64,000 nucleotides of DNA from Polyangiaceae bacterium (GTDB taxonomy: Bacteria; Myxococcota_A; Polyangia; Polyangiales; Polyangiaceae), in NCBI GenBank assembly GCA_965222375.1, contig CBDCTZ010000015.1, positions 736,001 to 800,000 of the forward strand, read 5' to 3'. Positions 30,582 through 39,825 of this stretch are shown piece by piece. The position numbers and the translations under genes were made by a program. Each line of letters opens with the position of its first letter. Position 1 is the first letter of the stretch. The notes under the pieces are model-generated. The model had not been told where the DNA came from. It saw nothing but the letters and a program-made list of their open reading frames with translations, and did not search any database.

Positions 30582-30704
30582 CAAATCAGCCGTCATTCCA
30601 CCCTGAACGAAATAACTTGTTCGTGGATCGGAGGTTACGCGAACTTTCCACGCCGTGTTTCGGCGCGAACGCTTTTGGTCGGCCTGGACTCTCGGCCTGG
30701 ACTC
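30582..30704 (+). repeat. Dispersed ~110-bp element, copy 4, with a 13-bp tandem duplication of its 3' end
   Basis: Element at 30582-30691; tcggcctggactc at 30679-30691 and 30692-30704. Confidence 0.95.
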
Positions 30705-30719
30705 TCCCGCGCCGAGAGC

Positions 30720-30977
30720 TCAGGTGCCGTCGCCTTTCCACGCCTCGCCCGGAAGTCTCGCCACGAGCTGGTCGAGGACGACCCGTAGGGCTTCGTCGAA
30801 GTCCCACGTCAAACCAGGGCGCAGCAAGGCATCCATGTCTCCACGAAAGTCGGGTCGACCCGCTTTCTCGTGAAGGTTCGCCTCGAAAAGTGGCCGGGTC
30901 ACGGCGTGGCCGCCCTCGGTCATGTAGCGATCGAAGCGCGTGATGAGCGCCCCTGCGTCCACGACACCTTGGTCTAA
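30720..30977 (-). pseudogene. C-terminal remnant of an AbiEii-like nucleotidyltransferase toxin
   Basis: FDRYM...FEANLHEK...FRGDMDALLRPG...LPGEAWKG resembles AbiEii C-termini; begins right after the vapC stop. Confidence 0.6.
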
Positions 30978-31394
30978 TCAAATCTTGAAGACCCTGATCA
31001 GATCCTGCCCGCTGGCTAATCGCCGGATGTCCTTGGAGTCGCCAGTTGCGATAAGAGCCGCATCGAAAGACATTGCGGTCGCGACGACGAAGGCGTCGAC
31101 GGCATGAGCGGAGCTACGTTTTGACTTGGCGAGCAGGTGGCCTGCGACTTTGGCAATCTCGCGAGTCAGGGGGACGACGAGCAGGCCTTTTCCGTTGAGC
31201 AAGCGATCGATGGCTGGGTCGTGGCGTGGGCCGCGATAGACCTCGGCTAGAACGGGAGCGGGAACGCGGACCAGCGCACGGCGCTCGTGGGCGGTGGCCA
31301 AGACCGCGCGAGCGCGCTCGGCGTTGACACCGCGCTCATCCGGTCGAGCAAGGACGTTGAGTGCCTCACAATCTAGGATTAGCGCTTCGGCCAT
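30978..31394 (-). CDS. vapC: PIN-domain toxin (VapC-like)
   Basis: LILDCEAL, PVLAEVYRG, VDAFVVA and TGDSKD acidic PIN motifs. Confidence 0.85.
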   Translation of the reverse strand: MAEALILDCEALNVLARPDERGVNAERARAVLATAHERRALVRVPAPVLAEVYRGPRHDPAIDRLLNGKGLLVVPLTREIAKVAGHLLAKSKRSSAHAVDAFVVATAMSFDAALIATGDSKDIRRLASGQDLIRVFKI

Positions 31395-31606
31395 GCCTTG
31401 CGCGCACTAGCAAGCGCTGACTTAGAAACGGAGCCGAGCTCGTCATCGAGTTCCTCGAGAAACGAGCCAAGCTGTTCCCGCTCCAGCTCGTGAGCCAGCG
31501 CTTTGGCTACGAATCCCGAGAGACCGCGGCCGCCAACACGCTTTCTAACAGCTTTGGCGAGTTCGCTTGGAACGCTGACGGAAAGCTTTGCTACTGGATC
31601 GGACAC
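31379..31606 (-). CDS. Ribbon-helix-helix antitoxin (VapB-like)
   Basis: KLSVSVPSELAKAV...GLSGFVAKAL; overlaps the toxin start. Confidence 0.8.
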   Translation of the reverse strand: MSDPVAKLSVSVPSELAKAVRKRVGGRGLSGFVAKALAHELEREQLGSFLEELDDELGSVSKSALASARKAWPKR

Positions 31607-31612
31607 GTGCTT

Positions 31613-31630
31613 TTCCTACCATGGTAGGAA
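31613..31630. promoter_or_regulatory. Perfect 18-bp palindrome; likely antitoxin operator
   Basis: TTCCTACCATGGTAGGAA, 6 bp upstream of the antitoxin start. Confidence 0.75.
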
Positions 31631-31741
31631 TAACGGTGCAAGCAACTTCGAGCCGGCTACTTTTTGGTCATGCACTTGGCAAACGTCAGCGGAACCGTGT
31701 CCGACACAGCCTCCTTCGCACCCTCTGCGAGATCACCGGGG

Positions 31742-32146
31742 TCACTCGCGCGGATCTTCGCCCAGTAAGGACTCAACCAAAAGCTCGACGTCAGCGAAGG
31801 GTTCGGCGCGAACGACTTCTCCGCCTCTTGCCACGAGGGCTACGACGTAGCCCTCGCTAGACCAGCGATACACCGTGAGCGCTCGGGAAATGGGATCCAA
31901 GATCCAATAGTGAGGGACTGCCGCCTCTTGGTAGATGCGGAACTTCCTTACCGTGTCATCACTGGCATTCGCCGGCGACAAGATCACACAAGTCCAATCG
32001 GGTTGCTCTCGAACGGGCGAGCCCGATGGCCGCGCCTGAAGCCGATCCCTGCGCCAGCCAGCGATGTCCGGGCGAACGAGATGCTCCTCGCCCATGCCCA
32101 CCTTCTGGTTGCGCACCACGAGCCACTCGAATGGTTGCGCGATCAA
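31742..32146 (-). pseudogene. Uma2-family (PD-D/ExK) endonuclease, N-terminally incomplete
   Basis: RPDIAGWRR, PDWTCVILSP (usual Glu absent), VPHYWILDP and RAEPF. Confidence 0.75.
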
Positions 32147-32190
32147 CTCCCGAATCGGGCCCAGGTGCGGCTTGTCCTCTCGCTGCGCGT

Positions 32191-32709
32191 TCAGAGCTGG
32201 CAGCCAACGTGCGTCGGCAGCTTAGGCAGACCCCCTCCGCCATCGGGTTTGGAAGGCAGCTTGAGTTTGCCGCCAATGCAGCTCGCCGCGCCGCAGCTAG
32301 CGCAGTCACACGCCGCTGCGAGAGAGTCGAAGCATAGCGACTTGAACATGTAGGGACACGTCGCGGCGGATGACCACGGGGCTCCGAGTGGACGCGAGGT
32401 CGGGTCGAAGGCGGCGCACGCGGCGCCACCTTCGAGCGGCTCGCAGCCGAAGGGGCAGACTACCGTCTCTCGTGAGCAAAACAGGCGTCCGGCGCTCGGT
32501 GTCACCAAGAGGTTATCGTCGCAGTAGGGCTGCGTGGCGCAGGCCTCGACGGGCGCAGTGCCAGTGTCTTCGCCGCTAGCGTCGCTCATAGCGGCTGAGT
32601 CGCCCGCATCCGAGGGTATCGTCCCGCCGTCCTGCGCGAGTGAAGGCGCTGCCGGCGTGCGCGGGAAAGCGTCGGGCGCCGCCTGGTTCCGAGAGTTGAT
32701 AATCACCAC
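32191..32709 (-). CDS. Hypothetical Cys-rich protein, possibly a fragment
   Basis: D/A linker plus Cys-rich domain; no clear signal peptide. Confidence 0.45.
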   Translation of the reverse strand: MVIINSRNQAAPDAFPRTPAAPSLAQDGGTIPSDAGDSAAMSDASGEDTGTAPVEACATQPYCDDNLLVTPSAGRLFCSRETVVCPFGCEPLEGGAACAAFDPTSRPLGAPWSSAATCPYMFKSLCFDSLAAACDCASCGAASCIGGKLKLPSKPDGGGGLPKLPTHVGCQL

Positions 32710-32843
32710 TTTGTCTTGTTAAGCACGCGCTCGACCAGTCGGCCAAGGGCGTTAGATTGTTCGCCGCGATCACCATGATGCCGGGCGTGGCGGCACAGTG
32801 TGCGATGTTCCGCGTGGCTTCGATCTGGCGGCTGCCGACGACG

Positions 32844-33420
32844 CTAGGGAACGTCTCCCTCGTCGTTGCAAAGCTCGCCGAGCTTGGCGACGGACTGGTT
32901 CAGCCCACTCCTCTTGAGCTTGTCGAGCAGCTCCGACACCGACTGGGGCGGGTTCTTGAGGGAACGAGCTTGCTCGCGCAGCGCCCTGACGACCCTCGCT
33001 GGCGCAAGGTCGATCAGGTCGAGCACGAAGTCGTCCGGGTGGACGGCCTCGAGCTCGAAGGGCGTGAGAGCAGCCCGGGGAAAGTCCTTCAGGTTGAACG
33101 TCACGATGGTCTGCGCTCCAGCCCTGATGGCAGCGGCAAGGACGTGCCGATCGTCGTGATCGGGGAGGGTGAGCCCGTCGATGAGCGGCTCGTGCCCGGT
33201 GACCATGCAGTCGGGGACTGCCTGCCGCATCAGCTCCCGAGTGCGCTGAAGCGCCTCGGGTTTCAGGTCGGGCCGGTGATCGAGGATGCTGCGGAAGCAC
33301 TCGTCTAGAATGTCCTCCGTCCAGCGGACTCGCACGACGCCGGACTGGCCCAAGCGGACAAGCAGGTCCCGCAGGCGCGGGGTACAGCACACAGGCGTCG
33401 TAGATGACGACGAACGCCAT
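32844..33420 (-). pseudogene. PIN-domain protein, frameshifted near 33375
   Basis: MAFVVIYDACVLYPA in one frame joins LRDLLVRL...DDRHVLAAAI...IVTFNLKDFP in another. Confidence 0.85.
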
Positions 33421-33423
33421 CCG

Positions 33424-33879
33424 TCAGTACCCGAGATCGTGTTTCTGGGCCTCGGCCGCCAGCTCGTCGAGGACTCGCTGCCGCTGAGCCGCGTCCTTCT
33501 CCCTGTACGCCACGAGATCCGCGACTCGAATCCGTCGATGCGTTCCGACCATCCGGAACGCGATCTTGCCGGCGTCCAGTAGACTCACCAGGAACGGCCG
33601 TGAGACGTTCAACATGTCGGCAGCCTGCTGGGTGGTCAGCTCCGCGTGCACGGGGACGATGGACACCGCGTTCCCGTTCGCCATCTGCGCCAGGATGTCG
33701 AGCAGGAGCTCGAACGCCTGACGCGGAACCGTGACCGACACATCTTCCTTCGCTCCCTCCGGCTTGATCCGGATGCGCCGCATCGACTTTTTTCGGAGGA
33801 GCTTCGACAGAGTGCGAACCGCCCCCTGTGCCTCCGCAGAGTCCTCGCTAGAGGGGATTTTCAAGGCCGTCGCAGTCAT
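33424..33879 (-). CDS. Excisionase-like (Xis/MerR-type HTH) DNA-binding protein paired with the PIN gene
   Basis: ELTTQQAADMLNVSRPFLVSLLD...VGTHRRI. Confidence 0.9.
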   Translation of the reverse strand: MTATALKIPSSEDSAEAQGAVRTLSKLLRKKSMRRIRIKPEGAKEDVSVTVPRQAFELLLDILAQMANGNAVSIVPVHAELTTQQAADMLNVSRPFLVSLLDAGKIAFRMVGTHRRIRVADLVAYREKDAAQRQRVLDELAAEAQKHDLGY

Positions 33880-33897
33880 GGTGGGAACCTAGCTCAT

Positions 33898-33933
33898 ATT
33901 CGAAATAAACGCAACATCCGCAATATCTGAAAG
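33898..33933. promoter_or_regulatory. Four degenerate 9-bp direct repeats upstream of the Xis-like gene
   Basis: attcgaaat/aaacgcaac/atccgcaat/atctgaaag. Confidence 0.55.
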
Positions 33934-34332
33934 GGGCAGGTCGAATCGCCTGCGCCCGAGAGGCAGTGACGCCACTTGTGCGTACGTGCTTTCAAGGCGC
34001 GCCGCAATTGCTGCGCTCGCTGGCGCTGGTGCCCTGGCGTTTCTCGCATGGCAGTTTCTCCTCCCCGTCCAACAGGGAAGTACGACGGCTTCGTGTGGCG
34101 CGCGAAGTGACCGCCCACGTCGGGGCGTAGCGCGAGCCGCGGATGTTGGTGCTCGCCGTCCATACATTGCCCTTCATCTGGCGGGCGGTGGAGCACTACC
34201 CGCCAACGCCTCACGCATCCGGCGCACCGCTTCGGGCAACTGCGAAGGTAGACTTCAATGACGAGCTTTCGCGATGGTACGAGCCCCCTTCGCCGGGTTC
34301 CCTCGCATTCAGATCACGCGGCCGCATTCAGG

Positions 34333-34890
34333 TCATGCGGCGGGAGGCAACTCGTGCTCACGACAGATCTTGGTTGCATCTAGTTTGGTGAGCTTTTCGC
34401 CCGTGAGGCCGCAGCGGCCGCTCCGTCTGCCGGATTGGTAGAGCCGGCATGTGTAGCACTGCCCGAACGTCTTCGAGCCCGTAGCGCGCTGAATGGCTCG
34501 AAGCTGCTGCTCGAGGGAGTCCGCCAGGGCGGTTGCGGACTCCTCGTCCATGTCGGTGAAGCAGCTGGCGGGGAATGCGGCAACGACGACCGCCTTGCCG
34601 TCGCGGGTGAGCGAGCAGCGCTGCACACGGCCGTCATCAGGATCGGTCGACTTTTCAATCAGGTCGTGACGTTCGAGCGCTTTGAGAGTCTGGCTGATGG
34701 TTCCCTTTGTGACCCCGAAATACTCGGTCAGCGCGATCGGTGTGTCGCTGTAGCGATTGGCGACCGAGAGGTAGATGAGCGCCTCGAGCTGCACCAACTT
34801 GAGCCCGTGCATAGCTGCCACCTGTCGAAGATTGGACCGCATCAGCGATGACAGCCGTTCTGCAAGTAGGTGAAGGCGAGCGCGGCTCAT
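34333..34890 (-). CDS. MarR-family regulator with C-terminal Cys cluster
   Basis: TKGTISQTLKALE...DGR wHTH; FGQCYTC...CGLT...ICREH. Confidence 0.9.
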   Translation of the reverse strand: MSRARLHLLAERLSSLMRSNLRQVAAMHGLKLVQLEALIYLSVANRYSDTPIALTEYFGVTKGTISQTLKALERHDLIEKSTDPDDGRVQRCSLTRDGKAVVVAAFPASCFTDMDEESATALADSLEQQLRAIQRATGSKTFGQCYTCRLYQSGRRSGRCGLTGEKLTKLDATKICREHELPPAA

Positions 34891-34900
34891 GAATCCAATG

Positions 34901-34968
34901 GTAGCGAGTCAAAACGATCTTGACAAGTCGCCGCCGATGGACAATTAGTAGCGAGTCGATACTAATTG
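34901..34968. promoter_or_regulatory. Two probable MarR operators flanking a TTGACA box
   Basis: GTAGCGAGTC at 34901 and 34948; palindrome CAATTAGTA..TACTAATTG at 34942-34968; TTGACA at 34920-34925. Confidence 0.7.
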
Positions 34969-34976
34969 AGGAGACC

Positions 34977-36386
34977 ATGACTAGCAAAACCCACCTATTT
35001 GCCGCCTTGGCACCAGTATTCGTCGCCATCACCAGCTGCAGCAGTGAATCCGAAAGCGAGGCTCGAGCGCAGCGGAGCCCTTATGCCGCAGACCCATCAT
35101 TCCAGCTCGCCGCGTTCGATGTGAGCTACTCGCCGGCACTCGACTCCGTCGTTTTCGAGGTCGAAGCCGCCGGCGACGCAGCCAGCGTCGTTCCTGAGAA
35201 GGCCGGACAGCTCGATGGCGCGCCGGTGCTGGGATACGTCTTTGTCACCACCATCGAGCCCGAATGGATCGGCTTCGGCGACGTTGAAGGAACCGTGGCG
35301 CTGGCCGTGACCTCGCACCCCGACTTCGATGACACTCCGCTTTGGGACGAAGATTCCAACGAGCGCTTCGACGACGACGGCGCTGTCTACCACGCACACT
35401 GGGTCGTTCTCGGCGACAACCCTCGCGCTCCGGCAGGACTTGCTGTCGTACAAAGCGATGGCTCGTCGACCCTTCCCCCAACCGCCCCGATGCCCATGTA
35501 CCTCGACTCACCTGGGTTTACCGTGGTCGAAGAAGGTGCGCGGCTGCGGGTTTTGGTGCCCGCAGATCGGATCAAGCGGAACTTGGGCTTCACTACAGGA
35601 GCCCTCACGGCGTTCATGCAGGTCGACGCCACTGGTTCCACGCCGCTCCTCGCCGTGCATGAAGTACTGTCTCAAGTTCGCGACGGAGCCCCAGATACAC
35701 CGGTTGTCAATGCTGGGGCTGCTCCGGCATCGGCATGGCCGGCCGCTGCGAACGACAGCGACACCCTCGATATCGTCTCGACCACGGCGAGCTACGACGC
35801 GTCACTCGACACGTTCGTGCTGTCGATGGATCTCGCCGCGGCGGCTGCAACGAGTATTCCAACGCCAGCCGGGAAAGTCGATGGGGCGCCCGTGCTCGGG
35901 TACGTCTTTCCAACATCGATCCCGCCCGCCGAGGTCGGATTCAAAGAGACCGACGGCACGCTCGTGCTGGCTGTGACTTCGCACCCCGACTTCGACGATA
36001 CGCCGAACTGGGACGAGAACTCCGATGCCAACTTCGAAAACGACGGCGCGACGTACCATGTTCATTGGGCTGTTCTCGTCGAAGACGCGGCCTCACCGGC
36101 GGGATTTTCGGTTCCGTCGCAGACCGATACGGACAAGCTTCCACCGACGGCTCCGATGCCGATGTATCTGGACTCGCCCGGCTACCATGCGTTCGCGGTC
36201 GGCAACCAGCTCCGCGTTCTCGTGCCTGGCTGGCATCTGAGCGACGTTCAGCAGTTCTCCTTCGACGCGCTCACTGCGCGTATGCGCGTCGACGCTTCGG
36301 GAGCAGCCCCGGTGCTGCGCGTCGAAGAAGTCGTCGAGGTGCTCTCGGGCGATTTGTCACTGCCCAATAGCGTGTCGCGCAACTAG
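34977..36386 (+). CDS. Lipoprotein with a tandemly duplicated uncharacterised His/Asp-motif domain
   Basis: SD GAGGAG; lipobox ITSC; two copies each of DGAPVLGYVF, TSHPDFDDTP, YHxHW and LPPTAPMPMYLDSPG. Confidence 0.88.
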   Translation: MTSKTHLFAALAPVFVAITSCSSESESEARAQRSPYAADPSFQLAAFDVSYSPALDSVVFEVEAAGDAASVVPEKAGQLDGAPVLGYVFVTTIEPEWIGFGDVEGTVALAVTSHPDFDDTPLWDEDSNERFDDDGAVYHAHWVVLGDNPRAPAGLAVVQSDGSSTLPPTAPMPMYLDSPGFTVVEEGARLRVLVPADRIKRNLGFTTGALTAFMQVDATGSTPLLAVHEVLSQVRDGAPDTPVVNAGAAPASAWPAAANDSDTLDIVSTTASYDASLDTFVLSMDLAAAAATSIPTPAGKVDGAPVLGYVFPTSIPPAEVGFKETDGTLVLAVTSHPDFDDTPNWDENSDANFENDGATYHVHWAVLVEDAASPAGFSVPSQTDTDKLPPTAPMPMYLDSPGYHAFAVGNQLRVLVPGWHLSDVQQFSFDALTARMRVDASGAAPVLRVEEVVEVLSGDLSLPNSVSRN

Positions 36387-36430
36387 AGCGCGTCAAGAAG
36401 CAACAACCCAACCGAAAGGAAGAAGAAGCC

Positions 36431-36667
36431 ATGTCGAAGAAAGCAACATTTTATCATGCTGGCTGCCCCGTTTGTGTCGCTGCAGAGGACAAGGTCGTAG
36501 ATCTCGTCGATCGTTCCCGTTTCGATCTCGAAGTCGTGCATCTAGGGGAGAACAACTCGCGGCTGGCTGAAGCCAAAAGCGCCGGGGTCAAATCGGTGCC
36601 GGCGCTCGTCATCGACGGAGTGGCGCTGCATATCAACCACGGCGCGGACTTGTCCGCCTTAGAGTAA
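36431..36667 (+). CDS. Small thioredoxin/glutaredoxin-fold protein
   Basis: HAGCPVC and SVPALV. Confidence 0.88.
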   Translation: MSKKATFYHAGCPVCVAAEDKVVDLVDRSRFDLEVVHLGENNSRLAEAKSAGVKSVPALVIDGVALHINHGADLSALE

Positions 36668-37227
36668 TGAGTGGCATCGTGCGACACGCACCCGAGCTTG
36701 TCATTCAAGAGTGGCTGAACACCTCCGAACCGCTCAGCTTGCAGAGTTTGCGGGGTCGAGTGGTCTTGATTGAGGCGTTCCAGATGCTCTGCCCGGGTTG
36801 CGTGTCGTACGCTCTCCCGCAAGCGCAAGAAGTCGCGAACACGTTTGTCCGGGATGAGCTTGTCGTGATCGGACTGCACACGGTATTCGAACACCACGAA
36901 GCGCAAGGGACACGAGCTGCTCTGGAGGCGTTTCTGCACGAGTACCACTTCACGTTTGCAGTGGGCATCGACGCGCCATCAAACGAGGGACCGATCCCTC
37001 AGACCATGGCGGCTTTTCGCATGCAAGGAACGCCGACGACGATTCTGATCGATCGCGGCGGCGCCGTGCGGCTGAACAAGTTTGGACGCGAGCGCGATCT
37101 AGTACTCGGTGTACACATCGCCACCTTGTTGCAAGAGCGGCCGACGTCGGCGATAGTCGAACCAGTAGCCAGGGGCGATGGAGCGCACAACCCGACATGT
37201 AGCTCAGATGCATGCCCGAATCCGTAG
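36667..37227 (+). CDS. Redoxin/TlpA-like thiol-disulfide oxidoreductase
   Basis: FQMLCPGC and GTPTTILIDR; TAATG translational coupling. Confidence 0.88.
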   Translation: MSGIVRHAPELVIQEWLNTSEPLSLQSLRGRVVLIEAFQMLCPGCVSYALPQAQEVANTFVRDELVVIGLHTVFEHHEAQGTRAALEAFLHEYHFTFAVGIDAPSNEGPIPQTMAAFRMQGTPTTILIDRGGAVRLNKFGRERDLVLGVHIATLLQERPTSAIVEPVARGDGAHNPTCSSDACPNP

Positions 37228-37766
37228 TGGCCCGACTCGTTTGCGGGCCGGGCCAAGAACCCAAGCGTGTGGCCCCGAGGTTCGTGGCGGACAACCCCGG
37301 TCGTCGCGCTGCCCGACAGCACCAGCTGGTGTTCGGTCTGCGCGAGGAGTGACGTCAATGTCACCAAATGACTTCGACGCCACATCGGGTCATGCGCCGG
37401 AACCCATTCAAAAACCATGCGACCGAGCCAATCCGGAACCCAAGGTAAACAGGTCACCTATCGCTGCTACCCTGACGAAACCATGAAAATCACCAATCCG
37501 GCGAGGACCAGCATCGATGGCAAGTCCCAGGCCGTGGCGATCGCGCACGTGGACCGGGGCTACATCGCCGTCGATGAAGTGACCGTCGACGGCCAAGGCG
37601 CCTACCAAAGGCCGGAGCCGTCGACCTTGCCTGCACTACGGCGCCATTGTCGCATTCAGGTCACCGAGCGGCGTTCGCAGATTCAGCGAACCCGGACTCC
37701 ACATCGCAAAGCCGCGCTTTTTCAATGTTGCTCTCGGGTGGCACGCGATTCGCAGGGTAGCGCTCC

Positions 37767-39455
37767 ATGAGGTTTGCGCGCCGCTATCAGCCACCCTTCC
37801 GTCAAGACGCATCCCGCGAGCGGCTCCGCCCTCGCAACGTAGCCATCTGCGTCTGTTCCATGGCGATTCTTTTTCTCGCCACGGAAGCCCAAACCGCCAC
37901 GATCAACGCGACCAGTTGCTCCCAAACTGCCGTGAAGAAGGCAGTCGACTCCGCAAGCCCAGGAGACACCGTCACGGTGCCCGCCGGAAATTGCGCATGG
38001 TCAGCGAACGATGCAATTCGGCCGAAAGGGATCTCACTCATCGGCGCGGGCATGGACGTCAACGGGACGACCATCACGACCAACGCGACGCGAATGATCT
38101 CTGCGCTGTCTGAGCCCAATCATCCGACGCGTGTCAGTGGTTTTCGGTTCGTCAAAGGAACCGGGTCTGGGAGCGGGATGGTCACGGTCAACCTAAAGTA
38201 CCCCTCCGGAAGCATCTCGGGAACGAAGGACAGGCCGGTTCGGTTGGACCATTTGTACTTTGGGGACCAATGGGACGGCTCCAAGTACAGATTCAGCGGC
38301 GCGATTCACTTCAACTCGAACTACGGACTGGTTGACAACTGCACCTTTCACGACGCGGGCAAGGAAGTCTTGTACGTCACCAGCAAGGACGAAGCGACAT
38401 GGACTGACAAGCCCGGCCCTGTGACTTTCGGGACCTCAGAATTCACCTTCATAGAGGACAGCACGTGGATACAGACTCACGATGAGAATGCGTGTCACGC
38501 GATAATGGGTGACGACAGCGGAAAGTACGTGGCTCGCCACAACAAGATTACGGGAAAGCTCAACATAGACGCGCATGGGTACTGTTCGAAAGACGCAAAC
38601 GAGGGGAGCACGCGGGCCTATGAGATCTATAAGAACAGCATCACTATCAGCAACATTGGCTCCAATCAGCCAAATGTGTTCAATCTGCGAGGCGCCACCG
38701 GGTTCGTCTACGACAACGACATCGTGATCGCGAGCGGTGCCGGCCTGAACCGCATGGTGCAACTCTACGAGTACCAGATGCAATGGTGCGTGTCAGTCTG
38801 CAAGGGGAACGGGCCATGCAACACTTACCCCTGCCCGCAGCAGTTGGGTTGGGACCTCAAGGCGGGTGGCAACCGCAACACGCACACAGACTTCGAGCTC
38901 ACCCCGATTCGGGTTTGGGGCAACAAAGTGTCGGGCGGCGCACCCTCCTTGGGGTTCGTAACTGTCAGGAACGGCGGGGATTCCTGCACGATCGACACGC
39001 GCACCGTCTCCGACAACGTGAAGGAGGGGCGTGAGTATCACTATTCCGCGGATGCGTCGGCTGCGCCGCTCGGTTACGTGCCGTTTGCGTACCCGCACCC
39101 TATAAGAGGCACCGCGGGTTCAGGTGGTAGCAGTGGCTCCGCCGGAGCAAGCGGCGCCGGAAACGCGGGCGGTTCTGGTGGCGGCGCTAGCGGAGCCGGC
39201 AATGTGGATGGCGGTGGCGTTGCGGGCACCGGAGTCGGCTCCGCCGGTGCCGCAGGGAACAGCAGTGCCGGCATGGGGGGCTCCTCTGGCACTGGAGCGA
39301 GTGGGACCGGGAATAGTGACGAATCCGGTTGCGCGTGCACCACACCGCCTCGGCCAGCTGGAACCTCTTGGGGGCTGCTGTCAGCGGGGCTTCTGGGCGT
39401 CATTATCTCCAGGCGTCGAAAAGCACGAACGCGAACTGAACGTCCAGCACCATGA
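37767..39455 (+). CDS. Secreted parallel beta-helix-like protein with Gly linker and MYXO-CTERM-like anchor
   Basis: ASPGDTVTVPAG; GCAC...hydrophobic...RRRK C-terminus; sigma54 motif at 37739-37754. Confidence 0.8.
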   Translation: MRFARRYQPPFRQDASRERLRPRNVAICVCSMAILFLATEAQTATINATSCSQTAVKKAVDSASPGDTVTVPAGNCAWSANDAIRPKGISLIGAGMDVNGTTITTNATRMISALSEPNHPTRVSGFRFVKGTGSGSGMVTVNLKYPSGSISGTKDRPVRLDHLYFGDQWDGSKYRFSGAIHFNSNYGLVDNCTFHDAGKEVLYVTSKDEATWTDKPGPVTFGTSEFTFIEDSTWIQTHDENACHAIMGDDSGKYVARHNKITGKLNIDAHGYCSKDANEGSTRAYEIYKNSITISNIGSNQPNVFNLRGATGFVYDNDIVIASGAGLNRMVQLYEYQMQWCVSVCKGNGPCNTYPCPQQLGWDLKAGGNRNTHTDFELTPIRVWGNKVSGGAPSLGFVTVRNGGDSCTIDTRTVSDNVKEGREYHYSADASAAPLGYVPFAYPHPIRGTAGSGGSSGSAGASGAGNAGGSGGGASGAGNVDGGGVAGTGVGSAGAAGNSSAGMGGSSGTGASGTGNSDESGCACTTPPRPAGTSWGLLSAGLLGVIISRRRKARTRTERPAP

Positions 39456-39825
39456 GCGCGCTACGCTTACTCATAGGAAGAATGAGCTGCGATTCTTCGG
39501 AAGCAGCAGAGTAGGCCGGGGATTGGGAGGCAGGGCTGGTTCCTGCGCTATTCTCCCCGCGCAAAACTCCGCATTTCGGGGCTCGCGTCGCCCGAAGCCT
39601 AGGGATCAGTCGATGTCGCCTAGGCGGGCGTGGGTGAGCGTTAGCAGCCGACCACGATCACGATGAGAGCACCCCAACCGAAGCACAGTGATGCCTGCAG
39701 CTTCGTCATTTTCGGGATCTCCGTTTACCGTTCACGTCGAGGCGCACTTGAACAGACGGAGCCAGGGGGGCAACGGCCTCGCGATCTTCATTACGCCGCA
39801 ACTGTGCTATGCGGCTCTCCGAGCC

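Noticed and set aside
28631..30691. Repeat copies 3 and 4 as integron attC sites or composite transposon ends
   Set aside because: No RYYYAAC/GTTRRRY ends, no integrase or transposase, and the enclosed genes are convergent
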